Assembly: GCA_016840855.1 (NCBI GenBank)
Contig: JAEORO010000069.1
Span: forward strand, 74,952-138,951
Length of the DNA stretch: 64,000 bases
From: Candidatus Thorarchaeota archaeon
GTDB taxonomy: Archaea; Asgardarchaeota; Thorarchaeia; Thorarchaeales; Thorarchaeaceae
Direction: 5' to 3'
Made by a program: the position numbers and the translations under genes. Shown here in pieces: positions 30,475-40,084 of the stretch. Every line of letters begins with the position of its first letter. The first letter of the stretch is position 1. A model generated the notes under the pieces. It was given only the letters and a program-made list of their open reading frames with translations. It did not search any database and was not told the origin of the DNA.

Positions 30475-33400
30475 CCTGCCTCACCTCTTCGTCGTCGCAT
30501 TATGATCAGAAATACACAACCCGTAATAACAATTGCAGCTCCAATTATTATCGCAGTGTAGTCCTGTACAATCGTAAGAGTTGCGAAATTCAACTCGGTT
30601 CCAGGTACTGCTTGCCCTATAGCGATTGCAAATACTTCATGATTACCAAGTTGGAAATAAGAAGGAGTTATATCGAATTCATAGATCCCAGTACTACTTG
30701 TAAGAGTGAAATTGAGCCATGGCCCAGCTTCGGAATGAAATGCAACATAAACCCTTGATGCAAGATTATATCCTGCCAGGACCAACTCACCAGATATTAA
30801 ATCGTTCATTAAGAATCCAACTCTTATGACAGTACGATCAAGGATAGCACTTGTAAAAGCTAACTGTGGACCAATTTGTGTAGAGAGTAGAATCAGTGGC
30901 AAGTAGAGAACATAGCTTTCAGAGGTTATGTTAAAAGATATGCTGTTTAAAGACGAAGTGCCAATCAGTTCTTCCGGAACTGTGACTATGAATTCGCTTT
31001 CACCAACCACTGATGAAGAGTTCAAATTCTCAAGAGGCCCATTTACGATACTCCATGCAGTTGTCTGAAGGTTCTTTGGTGTGTCACGATCATTAGTAAA
31101 GACATGAAGCCTCATCGAACCATCATTAAACTCCAGCCAAAGATTCTTCATAACTGGGAGTAATGTATCCGTGAGAGTTCCGGTTCCAGACACATCAACA
31201 TTCGACATTGTTGAATTATGCGTTCTCACTGATATGATACCGCGGGTTCCAAGATTGATGCCATCAATTCTGAGAATCACCGACGTATAATCGGTCCACC
31301 AGTCTGCGACTAATGAAGATGATATATAGGCAGTTCCATTCCAATCATAGACCTTTGCAGACCCTCCAGTCACATTGACCACAATATCGGCACCATTGAT
31401 TCCTGTACCTGCATTTGAATCTGTATCCCAATTTATAGATAGAATATTCGTCCCCTGGAAATCAGGAGTATCTCTCATTGCAATTGCAAACGCAAGTGAA
31501 TCGTTATCCAGGAAGGATTTGACAGAAGTGATGTCAAGACCTCCAGGTACTGAAAGATCAATTGAATCTACAAAGAGTTCATCTACACCAAACCAATCGG
31601 AGTACGTTGCATTGTCGACACCAGGTGAGGCAAGAACTTGAGTTACAGACCACAGTGCATCAACAAGCCCGTGTCCCCATGATGTCGATGCATATTCATA
31701 GTGGTTTGTTTTTCCTCCGGCACCATTGACCAGTACAGAATAATCCAACCACGCAGAGTTCTGTCCTGATGCCTGACGAATGAGAGCTAAAACTCCTGCA
31801 ACGTGGGGTGATGCCATACTGGTCCCATCTTTTGAGGTCCATAAGTCATACGCCGATGTGCTAGCTGCTATTATGTTGTCCCCAGGAGCGGCAACGGCTG
31901 GTTTTGGAGACCCATCGACTCTAGGACCTCTGCTGGATTCAACCATAATGTTTGAACTTCCTTCGCTGTATGCGGCGACCGCCACAGCGAAATCAGCTGT
32001 GGCAGGAGAGCTGATGGTTCTTTCCGAATCAAGAGAGGTTTGGAATGTTAATTGGGTAGTTTCCCATCGTCCGTCCCATGCAAACGCATCAACCCATATG
32101 AGTTCACCAGAATCATTTGTGACTGTGACATTCCAAACGCCATTTGTCCACAGATGGTCTTCTGCAGAAACTTGGATTATCACATTATTTATTCCACGAA
32201 TACTGACATCAGCGAAGATATAGGCGCGTAGATTGCTATCTTCATGTTCCCAAGATTGTCCAACTATAGACGAGAAGGCTCCAAGATCGATTGGATCACC
32301 TGAAGGTGGCGTTAGAATGACATGCTCATCGTTATCTGAAGAATGCCATAATAGGCTTAGAAATGGAACCCGTGAAATCATCACATCATCCACATTCATC
32401 AAAGCAGAGCCTGAAGTCCCAAGAACGGATGAGAATCGAGCATGTTTGTTCTTATTACCAAGATTCCCAGCAGCAGCAGTAGTTAATAACCCATGGCGTA
32501 AGAAAGCCTCTGAAACAGCAAGGTCTTCAACATCAGTCCCATCTAAGAATCCGAGATAAGAAGAAAATGACATGTTGATAATATCCGCATCATTTTCAAT
32601 TGCAAAAGATATGCCATCTAAAATGTCAGCAGATAAGAGCTGACTCTTGATGATTATCAGATCAGCTCCAGGAGCAACACCAACAAATGATGTCATCCCA
32701 ATTTGACCTCCCGCAATAGTAGAAGCTACGTGAGTTCCATGACCGTATTCATCACCAATAGATACTGCTTGAGTTAGGTTAACACCCCTTACATACACAT
32801 CTGAATTTGCTTGATCATATAGAATTGCTACCTTGGATTCATTTAGAAGAATAGCATTCTCGACACCCAGGGTAATAACATTATCATCATTTGCGTCAAT
32901 ACCACCAATCCAACGGTCTCCAGACGCATAACTGAAGCCAGGAGAGCTATCGACATTAATGTACATGTAATCAGATGAATAACTAAAATCTGGACCAACA
33001 GATGAGTCAAAAAATGCTCTAATTGGCCCTTCGTTGAGATCGGGGTTAGAATTGTTGTTAAGATCTAAGTAGTAGTCTGATCCACTTTTAATGGTTTGAT
33101 ATTCGTGAGAAGAGCCACGCCAGAAACTAGGATGTGTCCAAAGAGCACCCGTATCAAGAACAGCAATAGTGACCCCAGAACCATCGACAGATCCCCCATC
33201 CTTGTGCAGATTGATCCAAACGGCATCAGCATGAATAGCTGGCACAGAGGAGCTTATGGATGGCGTGTATTGTTTCGTGCCAGAGGTAGCTCGTATCAAG
33301 CCAAGTTCTGATAATTTTGTTAAGGAGTTGATATCATATACATATGCAGAATAAATACGGCCAACACTGATAATTGTTGAATCTCTCCTGGCGAAACAGA

Positions 33401-33665
33401 TGCCTAAACTCTCAGCGTATAGGATTTCTGCATTGGTCAAAGTGGCAGTAAATTCAAGGAGAGCACGCGCACCGGAAGTTGATGAATGAACCTCCATTTT
33501 TAGACGTGACTCGATTAATGGTTCTTGAGTACTATTAACAGAGTTAACCTCGAATCGTGTTGCTATGGATGTAGGCGCAAGGAAAAATGGCAATAGCAGG
33601 ATTATCAGAATGATGTATCTTTGGTACATTGGAGTCCCTCTGTGGCGGGTTGATGACCGTCTCAT
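30471..33665 (-). CDS. Membrane-anchored S8 subtilase (1064 aa)
   Basis: Signal peptide, VLDTG / GHGTHVAST / GTSMASPHVAG, AAGNLG, C-terminal TM and RRRR. Start possibly at MYQRY. Confidence 0.9.
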   Translation of the reverse strand: MRRSSTRHRGTPMYQRYIILIILLLPFFLAPTSIATRFEVNSVNSTQEPLIESRLKMEVHSSTSGARALLEFTATLTNAEILYAESLGICFARRDSTIISVGRIYSAYVYDINSLTKLSELGLIRATSGTKQYTPSISSSVPAIHADAVWINLHKDGGSVDGSGVTIAVLDTGALWTHPSFWRGSSHEYQTIKSGSDYYLDLNNNSNPDLNEGPIRAFFDSSVGPDFSYSSDYMYINVDSSPGFSYASGDRWIGGIDANDDNVITLGVENAILLNESKVAILYDQANSDVYVRGVNLTQAVSIGDEYGHGTHVASTIAGGQIGMTSFVGVAPGADLIIIKSQLLSADILDGISFAIENDADIINMSFSSYLGFLDGTDVEDLAVSEAFLRHGLLTTAAAGNLGNKNKHARFSSVLGTSGSALMNVDDVMISRVPFLSLLWHSSDNDEHVILTPPSGDPIDLGAFSSIVGQSWEHEDSNLRAYIFADVSIRGINNVIIQVSAEDHLWTNGVWNVTVTNDSGELIWVDAFAWDGRWETTQLTFQTSLDSERTISSPATADFAVAVAAYSEGSSNIMVESSRGPRVDGSPKPAVAAPGDNIIAASTSAYDLWTSKDGTSMASPHVAGVLALIRQASGQNSAWLDYSVLVNGAGGKTNHYEYASTSWGHGLVDALWSVTQVLASPGVDNATYSDWFGVDELFVDSIDLSVPGGLDITSVKSFLDNDSLAFAIAMRDTPDFQGTNILSINWDTDSNAGTGINGADIVVNVTGGSAKVYDWNGTAYISSSLVADWWTDYTSVILRIDGINLGTRGIISVRTHNSTMSNVDVSGTGTLTDTLLPVMKNLWLEFNDGSMRLHVFTNDRDTPKNLQTTAWSIVNGPLENLNSSSVVGESEFIVTVPEELIGTSSLNSISFNITSESYVLYLPLILLSTQIGPQLAFTSAILDRTVIRVGFLMNDLISGELVLAGYNLASRVYVAFHSEAGPWLNFTLTSSTGIYEFDITPSYFQLGNHEVFAIAIGQAVPGTELNFATLTIVQDYTAIIIGAAIVITGCVFLIIMRRRRGEAG

Positions 33666-33936
33666 GGCCGCACTGATATGCTTTTGTGTTGAGTCGCATT
33701 TGTTATTACTTTAATGATTATTCGTTCTTAGCGACCCCTTTGTAACTATAGATGTTTTCGCGTCAATTCAAACATATCTATTGCAGACAGATCTAATGCG
33801 AATCTGGAGTTAGACAGAAGATAGTCAATTGTAGGGTAGTTTTTCTAATATTCAAAGTCGGATTAAGATAAACGGAAGGCATTGATAGGTCTTATAACCA
33901 AATGTGAGGAACCGCAGAAGGCATGGAGTATATCAA

Positions 33937-35601
33937 ATGACATCTCCAAAAGAGATTCTCAAAATCCTTACAAAAGGAGAGAATCGAATCACAGAGTTCA
34001 AGAGAAAACTCACTCGGTCTGATTTGAAGACAGAAAGACGGCAGAAGCTAGTCGCACGAATTCGCTACATGACCTATGAAAGTCCATTTGAGGGGCTTTT
34101 CCTTGTTGGAATCGAAGATATTGGTGGAAAAGAGTGGAAAGTGCATGGAATATCTGAGAATTCCTTGAAAACTTCAGAACGTGTACTTGCAGAATTGTGT
34201 GAAGAAGCAGGAGTAGAGATTGTCGAAGAGGAACGTATTGAAACTCCACAAGGGCTGGTTGGAACATATCTCCTGAAAAGATTAGCTACTCCTGAAATCA
34301 AAGAGACCTGCTCAATAAATGTTGCAGGGAGAGTTAATTCGGGGAAATCAAGTCTCATTGGAGCTCTCGTGACAGGACGTCCGGATGATGGAAGTGGCAG
34401 TGCAAGATCTTTTCTACTAACACACCCCCAGGAAATTACAAGGGGACAAACTGCGGACATTCATCTAGCATTCATGGGTTTTGATGAAAAAGGCAATAGC
34501 ATATACCCTGAGAATCCGTTAAACAAACAAGATTCAGCCAGAGTTCTAGACCAATCTGTTAAGATTATCACCTTTTTTGATGCCCCGGGTCACAGAGAAT
34601 ACAGTAAAACAATGATTAGGTCTATACTTGGTGCAGACGCACAATATGGACTCGTGTTAATACCAGGTCCCGAAGAAGCATACCTTATTGGTCAAGAGGA
34701 AAAGAACTATGGAGTTCCAAGACTTGATGAAATAACTAGAGAACATATGATCCTAATGGCAAATCAACACGCTCCATTCATCATCATGATATCGAAGATT
34801 GACAAGACAAGCCCTCAGGACCTTGAATTAGTTATGAATGTTGTACGAACTAGTTTGAAAGAAGTTGGTCGAATCCCAGTTCTTGTTCGTACAAGTGACG
34901 AAATACCCCCTGTAGTGGGGGAGCTCAAATATCAGGTGATAGTTCCAATATTTCTGACCTCAGCACTAGACCCAGAGTCACTAAACCTAGTCACACATCT
35001 TCTAAGATTACTTCCTGCAAATTCAAACCATATAGCTTTAACCGACCCTGCTCGTGCATATGTGGATAAAGTATATCGAGGCATTAAGGGAACCAATGTT
35101 GTGGTCACAGGAACTATAAAATCAGGTGTATTCAAGAAAGGACAAACTTTGAAGATAGGACCCGATAGTGGAAATACGTTTCAAGAGGGGAGATTGTTTA
35201 GTATTGAAATGTTCAAGAAACGAATTAGGGCTGTTAAAGCGGGAGACCTCTTTGGCTTTGATATTAAAGATGTAGATAAACATCTGGTTCGGAGAGGACA
35301 AATGATTACAGATCCTGATTTGAACCCAGAAAGCTGTAAGACTTTTGAAGCGAATATTGTAGTCACTCGTCATCCAACAAGAATTTCTGTTGGGTATTCA
35401 CCTGTTCTTCAGGCTCATACAATTCAACAAACAGTTATCCTAAGGAAAATATATGATGCTGAATATTTGTGTGTTGGAGATTTTGCTCGAGTCAGGTTGG
35501 AGTTTATGACTTCGCCCGAGGCGTTAAGTGAAGGGGATAAGATTGTTCTGAGAGAGGCTAACACTCGAGCTATAGGAACTGTAACAAAGAAAATCAGGTA
35601 A
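33937..35601 (+). CDS. GTPBP1-like translational GTPase (archaeal GTPBP)
   Basis: N-terminal GENRITEFKRKL domain, G1 AGRVNSGKS, G2 RGQT, G3 DAPGH, G4 SKID, and EF-Tu-like domains II/III (HPTRISVGYSPVLQ, REANTRAIG). Confidence 0.85.
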   Translation: MTSPKEILKILTKGENRITEFKRKLTRSDLKTERRQKLVARIRYMTYESPFEGLFLVGIEDIGGKEWKVHGISENSLKTSERVLAELCEEAGVEIVEEERIETPQGLVGTYLLKRLATPEIKETCSINVAGRVNSGKSSLIGALVTGRPDDGSGSARSFLLTHPQEITRGQTADIHLAFMGFDEKGNSIYPENPLNKQDSARVLDQSVKIITFFDAPGHREYSKTMIRSILGADAQYGLVLIPGPEEAYLIGQEEKNYGVPRLDEITREHMILMANQHAPFIIMISKIDKTSPQDLELVMNVVRTSLKEVGRIPVLVRTSDEIPPVVGELKYQVIVPIFLTSALDPESLNLVTHLLRLLPANSNHIALTDPARAYVDKVYRGIKGTNVVVTGTIKSGVFKKGQTLKIGPDSGNTFQEGRLFSIEMFKKRIRAVKAGDLFGFDIKDVDKHLVRRGQMITDPDLNPESCKTFEANIVVTRHPTRISVGYSPVLQAHTIQQTVILRKIYDAEYLCVGDFARVRLEFMTSPEALSEGDKIVLREANTRAIGTVTKKIR

Positions 35602-37288
35602 ACATTTGCGCTGAAATCGTGAATCCATCATCTGGAAAAAGTGCTTCACTTCTTAGAATATTCCTCTCCGAGGTAATAGAATGAACAGGCCAGATAGAGA
35701 TGTTTTCCTTTGCTGCAGAGTCAAGAAGAGCAGATCTCCAAGTTGCTGGCGCTGAAACAATGGCAACAGAATCTGTACTTGTTCGGAAGACTGTTGATTC
35801 AATACTGTTTTGCTTTACAACGGATTGTACAACATCTGCACTTCCTCGAAGGATAAAATCGCTTTCCATTCCGATATGATTGAAAGACGGCAAGAATATG
35901 ATTTTTCCTTTTGCAAATAAGCTATCTACAACTTGGGGGGATCCAATCATTGTATTGGTGATGACATCAGTTTGACCAAGTATCAGACGGTCAAGAACAG
36001 CTTTTTCGTTAGCCATGAGAGGAGAATCAGAAAATAAGATTGATGATTCGAAAGTACCTGCAAATTCAGTTCGCACACCTAGTATTGCCAGAGCTCTATG
36101 GAGTATATTTTTTCCATGAGAAACCAGTCCACCAGAGGAAGGATAAACATCTTCAAAATTCAACCAATATTCTATCGCTGACACTGGTAGCCCATTTCCA
36201 GGTCTTATACTCAGTGAATTCACTTTCGAGCCTTCAATAAATGATACAGTTGCCCAATCCGCCTTTGTTGGCTTTTCAAAGAATAACGATATTTGTAAAT
36301 CAAGTGGAGTGGGATCACAGATGACTCTTGGCGCTAGGTGAATCGATTCAAAATGGTCCCGTTTCAAATCTATTTTCCGTGGTTTTGAAAGGTTCTGACA
36401 GAATCGACGTATAATATGATATTCCTCAGTTCCAATTGTGACATTTACACTGTCATGAATAATCCTGATTGCAGATTTCCAATCATATTTTTGAGAATGC
36501 AAGGAGGGAGTCTGTTGAATAAGGGAATACAATCTAGTAAACCCGGCACTGGTATAACAATCAACATGCTTGATCATGTGGTTCACTATTGACAACCATT
36601 CTGTGTTCTTACTGAACTTTGACCAGATTTCGTGGAATGCCTTTCTTTCAGGCTCCTTTAATAGAGCTAAAGCAATAGCGTTACCAACTAAAGAGGCAAT
36701 CTGAGATTTGGATTTCTCAGAATCAAGATGTGTTAGAAAAGCTGTTCTGATAATCAATCCTTCAGTCCACTTCGCCTTTAATGCTGATTCTTCAAAGAGA
36801 TATTCACCACTATCAGATATCTGAAGTCCAAAGCTTTGCTTGAATTCGTCTGAGCTTGTTCTAGTGACAAAGATATCGGGAAAAATGGGAGGTGTTGAGT
36901 TTAATACGCGGGCAACTTTTCGTAGTGCTTTAGCTAGCGAGTCCCTAAGTTCTTGAGTGGCTTCAATACGTAGTTCCTCAGGAGTGAGCTCTCTAGGTTT
37001 CTCATACTTTGCTATAAGTTTTGAAGTCGCACGAATTTTGTTGTACATTGATACTTCTACATTTTCCCCAACGAGCATCATTCCGACGGAGTTGAAGAAA
37101 TAGATACGCACTCTGTCAAGTGAGATAACGGATACAAGGAATGCAATTCCCTTTAGTTGCCGGAAGTGCTTTCGCATAACAGATGCTTTCACACGAAGAA
37201 CTTCTACAGCCATAGCGCCAGTTTCCTTGAATTGTTTCTCACCAAAAGTAGCTATCTCTTTTGGGACTTCCCTGATGCTTTTTGACAA
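35594..37288 (-). CDS. Hypothetical protein (564 aa)
   Basis: Long ORF with TTG start after GAGGAG. No motif recognised. Confidence 0.7.
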   Translation of the reverse strand: MSKSIREVPKEIATFGEKQFKETGAMAVEVLRVKASVMRKHFRQLKGIAFLVSVISLDRVRIYFFNSVGMMLVGENVEVSMYNKIRATSKLIAKYEKPRELTPEELRIEATQELRDSLAKALRKVARVLNSTPPIFPDIFVTRTSSDEFKQSFGLQISDSGEYLFEESALKAKWTEGLIIRTAFLTHLDSEKSKSQIASLVGNAIALALLKEPERKAFHEIWSKFSKNTEWLSIVNHMIKHVDCYTSAGFTRLYSLIQQTPSLHSQKYDWKSAIRIIHDSVNVTIGTEEYHIIRRFCQNLSKPRKIDLKRDHFESIHLAPRVICDPTPLDLQISLFFEKPTKADWATVSFIEGSKVNSLSIRPGNGLPVSAIEYWLNFEDVYPSSGGLVSHGKNILHRALAILGVRTEFAGTFESSILFSDSPLMANEKAVLDRLILGQTDVITNTMIGSPQVVDSLFAKGKIIFLPSFNHIGMESDFILRGSADVVQSVVKQNSIESTVFRTSTDSVAIVSAPATWRSALLDSAAKENISIWPVHSITSERNILRSEALFPDDGFTISAQMFT

Positions 37289-37400
37289 AACTGATTCTCC
37301 TCACTAGTGAAAAGGAAAGACCATTCCTGATAAAGATAAGTAAATTCTGCTCATTGCGACATCCTTAATTTGATTAATTTTTACCAAATTCTGATTTAGA

Positions 37401-37556
37401 ATGCAATACGACTTATCTTTCATCATCATTTGGTGGATTGTTCCAATTATAATCCTTGCAGGAAGAGCGGCTTTTGCCGGATATCGCGCGAAGAAAAAAC
37501 GTGATGAACTAAAACGACTAGAAGAGAGGTCAACGCCATTTACCAGTAAATTCTAA
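37401..37556 (+). CDS. Small single-TM protein (51 aa), below the ORF-track cutoff
   Basis: Manual translation MQYDLSFIIIWWIVPIIILAGRAAFAGYRAKKKRDELKRLEERSTPFTSKF*: hydrophobic helix plus basic tail, filling an intergenic gap. Confidence 0.6.
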   Translation: MQYDLSFIIIWWIVPIIILAGRAAFAGYRAKKKRDELKRLEERSTPFTSKF

Positions 37557-37567
37557 GGATTGTTATT

Positions 37568-38044
37568 TTACGCTGCTATTTCATCACTTTCATACATTGG
37601 CATTAGAATGTCTCTTGTTGGAGTTGTATTCATAACTACATCAAGTGTTTCATCATTCCTCAGAAGGATGCAACCAAGGAATTCATACTCAAACTTGTCG
37701 AGTCGGATATTAACGCCTCTTCTAGGGACTTGTGTTAAGAGAAGAATGATAGAGAAGTTGCCTCGCGGTAGCTGGTTGAGAATGCCACGCTTCATATCGG
37801 GTTCGAGTTCGCCTTCAAGTTGCCGTGTCATTATTCCTCGTTCAATGAAGTTGTAGCGAATCCTTTCGAAATCTCCACTAGAGCTCTTCTTTGGTCTGAT
37901 GAAAGAAATTGAGTATCCCAGACGCTTAAGTGAATTATAGCCAATGAGTGTCCGGAATAATGGAGGACTTAGTGTGTCAAGTTCTACCTTGCGTAGCTCT
38001 ACTATGTCTCCGTTTCTTCGTACTTTCAAGTTCATAGTGTTCAC
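37568..38044 (-). CDS. Hypothetical protein (158 aa)
   Basis: ORF co-oriented downstream of ogt. No motif recognised. Confidence 0.65.
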   Translation of the reverse strand: MNTMNLKVRRNGDIVELRKVELDTLSPPLFRTLIGYNSLKRLGYSISFIRPKKSSSGDFERIRYNFIERGIMTRQLEGELEPDMKRGILNQLPRGNFSIILLLTQVPRRGVNIRLDKFEYEFLGCILLRNDETLDVVMNTTPTRDILMPMYESDEIAA

Positions 38045-38074
38045 GCATCCAACCCGAAGGTCCCATGTTAGAAA

Positions 38075-38614
38075 TTACGGAATCCTTTGTAAAGCCTTCT
38101 GTGAAAAATCTCCGCGAATCACACCCTCGCGAGCCAATAATTCAATTTTTTTGTCGATACCGCCTGTGTAACCACCGAGACCAGTCGTTGACACAACACG
38201 ATGACATGGAATAACAGGACCGAGTCTATTTATTCGCATGACGTTACCAACAAACCTCGCTGCACCCGGTAGACCAGCTCGCTTTGCAACCTCTCCATAT
38301 GATAATGTTGAACCAAACGGGATTTTCAAAACTACCCTTAGAACAGCTACTTGTTTCCTTGTAAAACCAGTCAGGTCTAATTTGACATCACGTGTAGGTG
38401 CATTTCGTTTGCCTTCATAAATAGCAAAGATCGTTTCAAGAGTAGCTATATGATCTGCAGCAGCATCACGAAGCAAATTCCTTCCACCTATAGCATCAAT
38501 CGCATCAGATTCGTCATCATAGGGTCGTGAACTAGTGTATAGTCCGTAGGGAGAGAAAACTCCAGCAATATATTTTCCTTCTTTCTTTAGAAGACTAAGG
38601 ACTCTTTCAGCCAT
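38075..38614 (-). CDS. ogt: Methylated-DNA--protein-cysteine methyltransferase (MGMT)
   Basis: IPFGSTLSYGEVA, AARFVGN, active-site PCHRV, LGGY and LLAREG. Confidence 0.9.
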   Translation of the reverse strand: MAERVLSLLKKEGKYIAGVFSPYGLYTSSRPYDDESDAIDAIGGRNLLRDAAADHIATLETIFAIYEGKRNAPTRDVKLDLTGFTRKQVAVLRVVLKIPFGSTLSYGEVAKRAGLPGAARFVGNVMRINRLGPVIPCHRVVSTTGLGGYTGGIDKKIELLAREGVIRGDFSQKALQRIP

Positions 38615-38630
38615 TTTCGGACCTCGGGAA

Positions 38631-39518
38631 TTAGGCATATTTGTTTAATTTCTTTGCTACAAAAGAAAGAATTGAACTTAACTCTGGATCACTCTTTTTT
38701 GAGCCAATTGGCGCCCAACCACCATCTTCATTCTGACTCTGAACTATCAATTCGATGCCACCACGGAGGACTTCTTTCTCTGGATCTGAGTTGGGTTTAC
38801 CAACAGCTGTCAAATCAGCCATGTCAAATGTGGATTGATTCTCGACAGATTCCTTTAGATGTTGAAGTAGTGCTGCTCGACCATCTTGATACACTTTGTT
38901 ATCGGGCTTGATACCGATGGCTTCAAGTCCTTGTAGAATATTGCCAGTGGCTAGTGGATCTGATTCCTTGTGACCAATATAATCAGGCCAATGACCATCT
39001 TCATGTTGATTATATAGTAGAAAATCTCTGGCTCTTCTTAATCGCTCTTCATCATCATAATTCACAAGACATAAAGCTTCAAGCGCTTTACCTGTTAACC
39101 AAGTAATGCTTTTTGCAACAGGATACCAGTTCCTACCAATGCCACCATACTTATCATCAATGTATGGATCCAGTTTTAGAGTTTCACTAAACCCACCATC
39201 ATTTTTTTGACGTGAAACTAAAAATTTGACCATTCCATCGATTATGTCAGGCCATTTGGATTTGTATCGAGCTATAAGAGCCAGAACTTCTGCAGTTTCT
39301 TTGACCGAGCTAGGGTGTCCTAGAATAACACCGAAAGGGATTCCGCCATCTTGATTTTGGATTCTTCTTAATTCATTCATGAGCTCTTCCAATTGATTTT
39401 CAGTCAGATCATTTCCAGCTGATGCAACACGTAACTTGTCAGCAATGTTTCCATGTTTTAATATGTAATTACGATGATCATAATGAAGCTTGATTCCCAT
39501 TTTATTCAGGTTCTCCAT
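38631..39518 (-). CDS. Prenyltransferase/squalene-oxidase (QW) repeat protein
   Basis: Four repeats QNQDGGI, QKNDGGF, QHEDGHW and QNEDGGW. No DXDD cyclase motif seen. Confidence 0.8.
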   Translation of the reverse strand: MENLNKMGIKLHYDHRNYILKHGNIADKLRVASAGNDLTENQLEELMNELRRIQNQDGGIPFGVILGHPSSVKETAEVLALIARYKSKWPDIIDGMVKFLVSRQKNDGGFSETLKLDPYIDDKYGGIGRNWYPVAKSITWLTGKALEALCLVNYDDEERLRRARDFLLYNQHEDGHWPDYIGHKESDPLATGNILQGLEAIGIKPDNKVYQDGRAALLQHLKESVENQSTFDMADLTAVGKPNSDPEKEVLRGGIELIVQSQNEDGGWAPIGSKKSDPELSSILSFVAKKLNKYA

Positions 39519-39639
39519 TCTATGTATCTACAATCTCGGAAAAAAAACGAGATTGCAAAATTAGAGTGTTCAAATAACCAATAATGTTGAGATATGTATA
39601 CTTTGAGTTTGAGGAGATATTAAGGTTACCCGAGCTGAT

Positions 39640-39909
39640 TTATTCATCCTCGGACTCGTAGAACTCCAGTATTTCCTTACGACGCTCCCGTCGCTCATCC
39701 TCTGTCATCTCATCAGATTTCCGTGCATCCTCCTCTACGACGATAATTTTCTCGCGCGGAGTATGCTTTATTCTGTGTTCCACCTTGTACTCCGGAGGTG
39801 AGCGTAATGTCTTCTCATTCCCGCATTCTCTACATTTTAATACGACAGTCTTTTTTCCTTCCTCTTTTTTCGGAAGCATAAGTGCGCCACATTTTTCACA
39901 GAATTCCAT
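39640..39909 (-). CDS. TFS/RpoM-like protein with only the N-terminal Zn ribbon
   Basis: MEFCEKCGALMLP...LKCRECG matches the TFS/Rpb9/A12 N-ribbon. The C-terminal ribbon is replaced by a charged helix. Confidence 0.75.
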   Translation of the reverse strand: MEFCEKCGALMLPKKEEGKKTVVLKCRECGNEKTLRSPPEYKVEHRIKHTPREKIIVVEEDARKSDEMTEDERRERRKEILEFYESEDE

Positions 39910-40084
39910 AAGATGTCTCCCCGTCAGTGAGATTGGTTCGCGATTTCGTAGCTAAAAGTCATTTAAGTTTGACGTTTTGGATTTTTCTTACATGAGTTGT
40001 GTGAAAAGAAAGATATTCAGAAAGAAAGACTTATGACAAAGAGTCTTCGAGCCGGGTTTGGCAAACATTTGATTTAAGCTGGAG

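Noticed and set aside
38631-39518. Squalene-hopene or oxidosqualene cyclase
   Set aside because: Only 295 aa, with QW-like repeats but no DXDD/DCTAE catalytic motif.
39520-39909. Frameshifted or read-through full-length TFS
   Set aside because: The stop is TAA, and I found no CxxC/QTR-like C-ribbon in the downstream frames.
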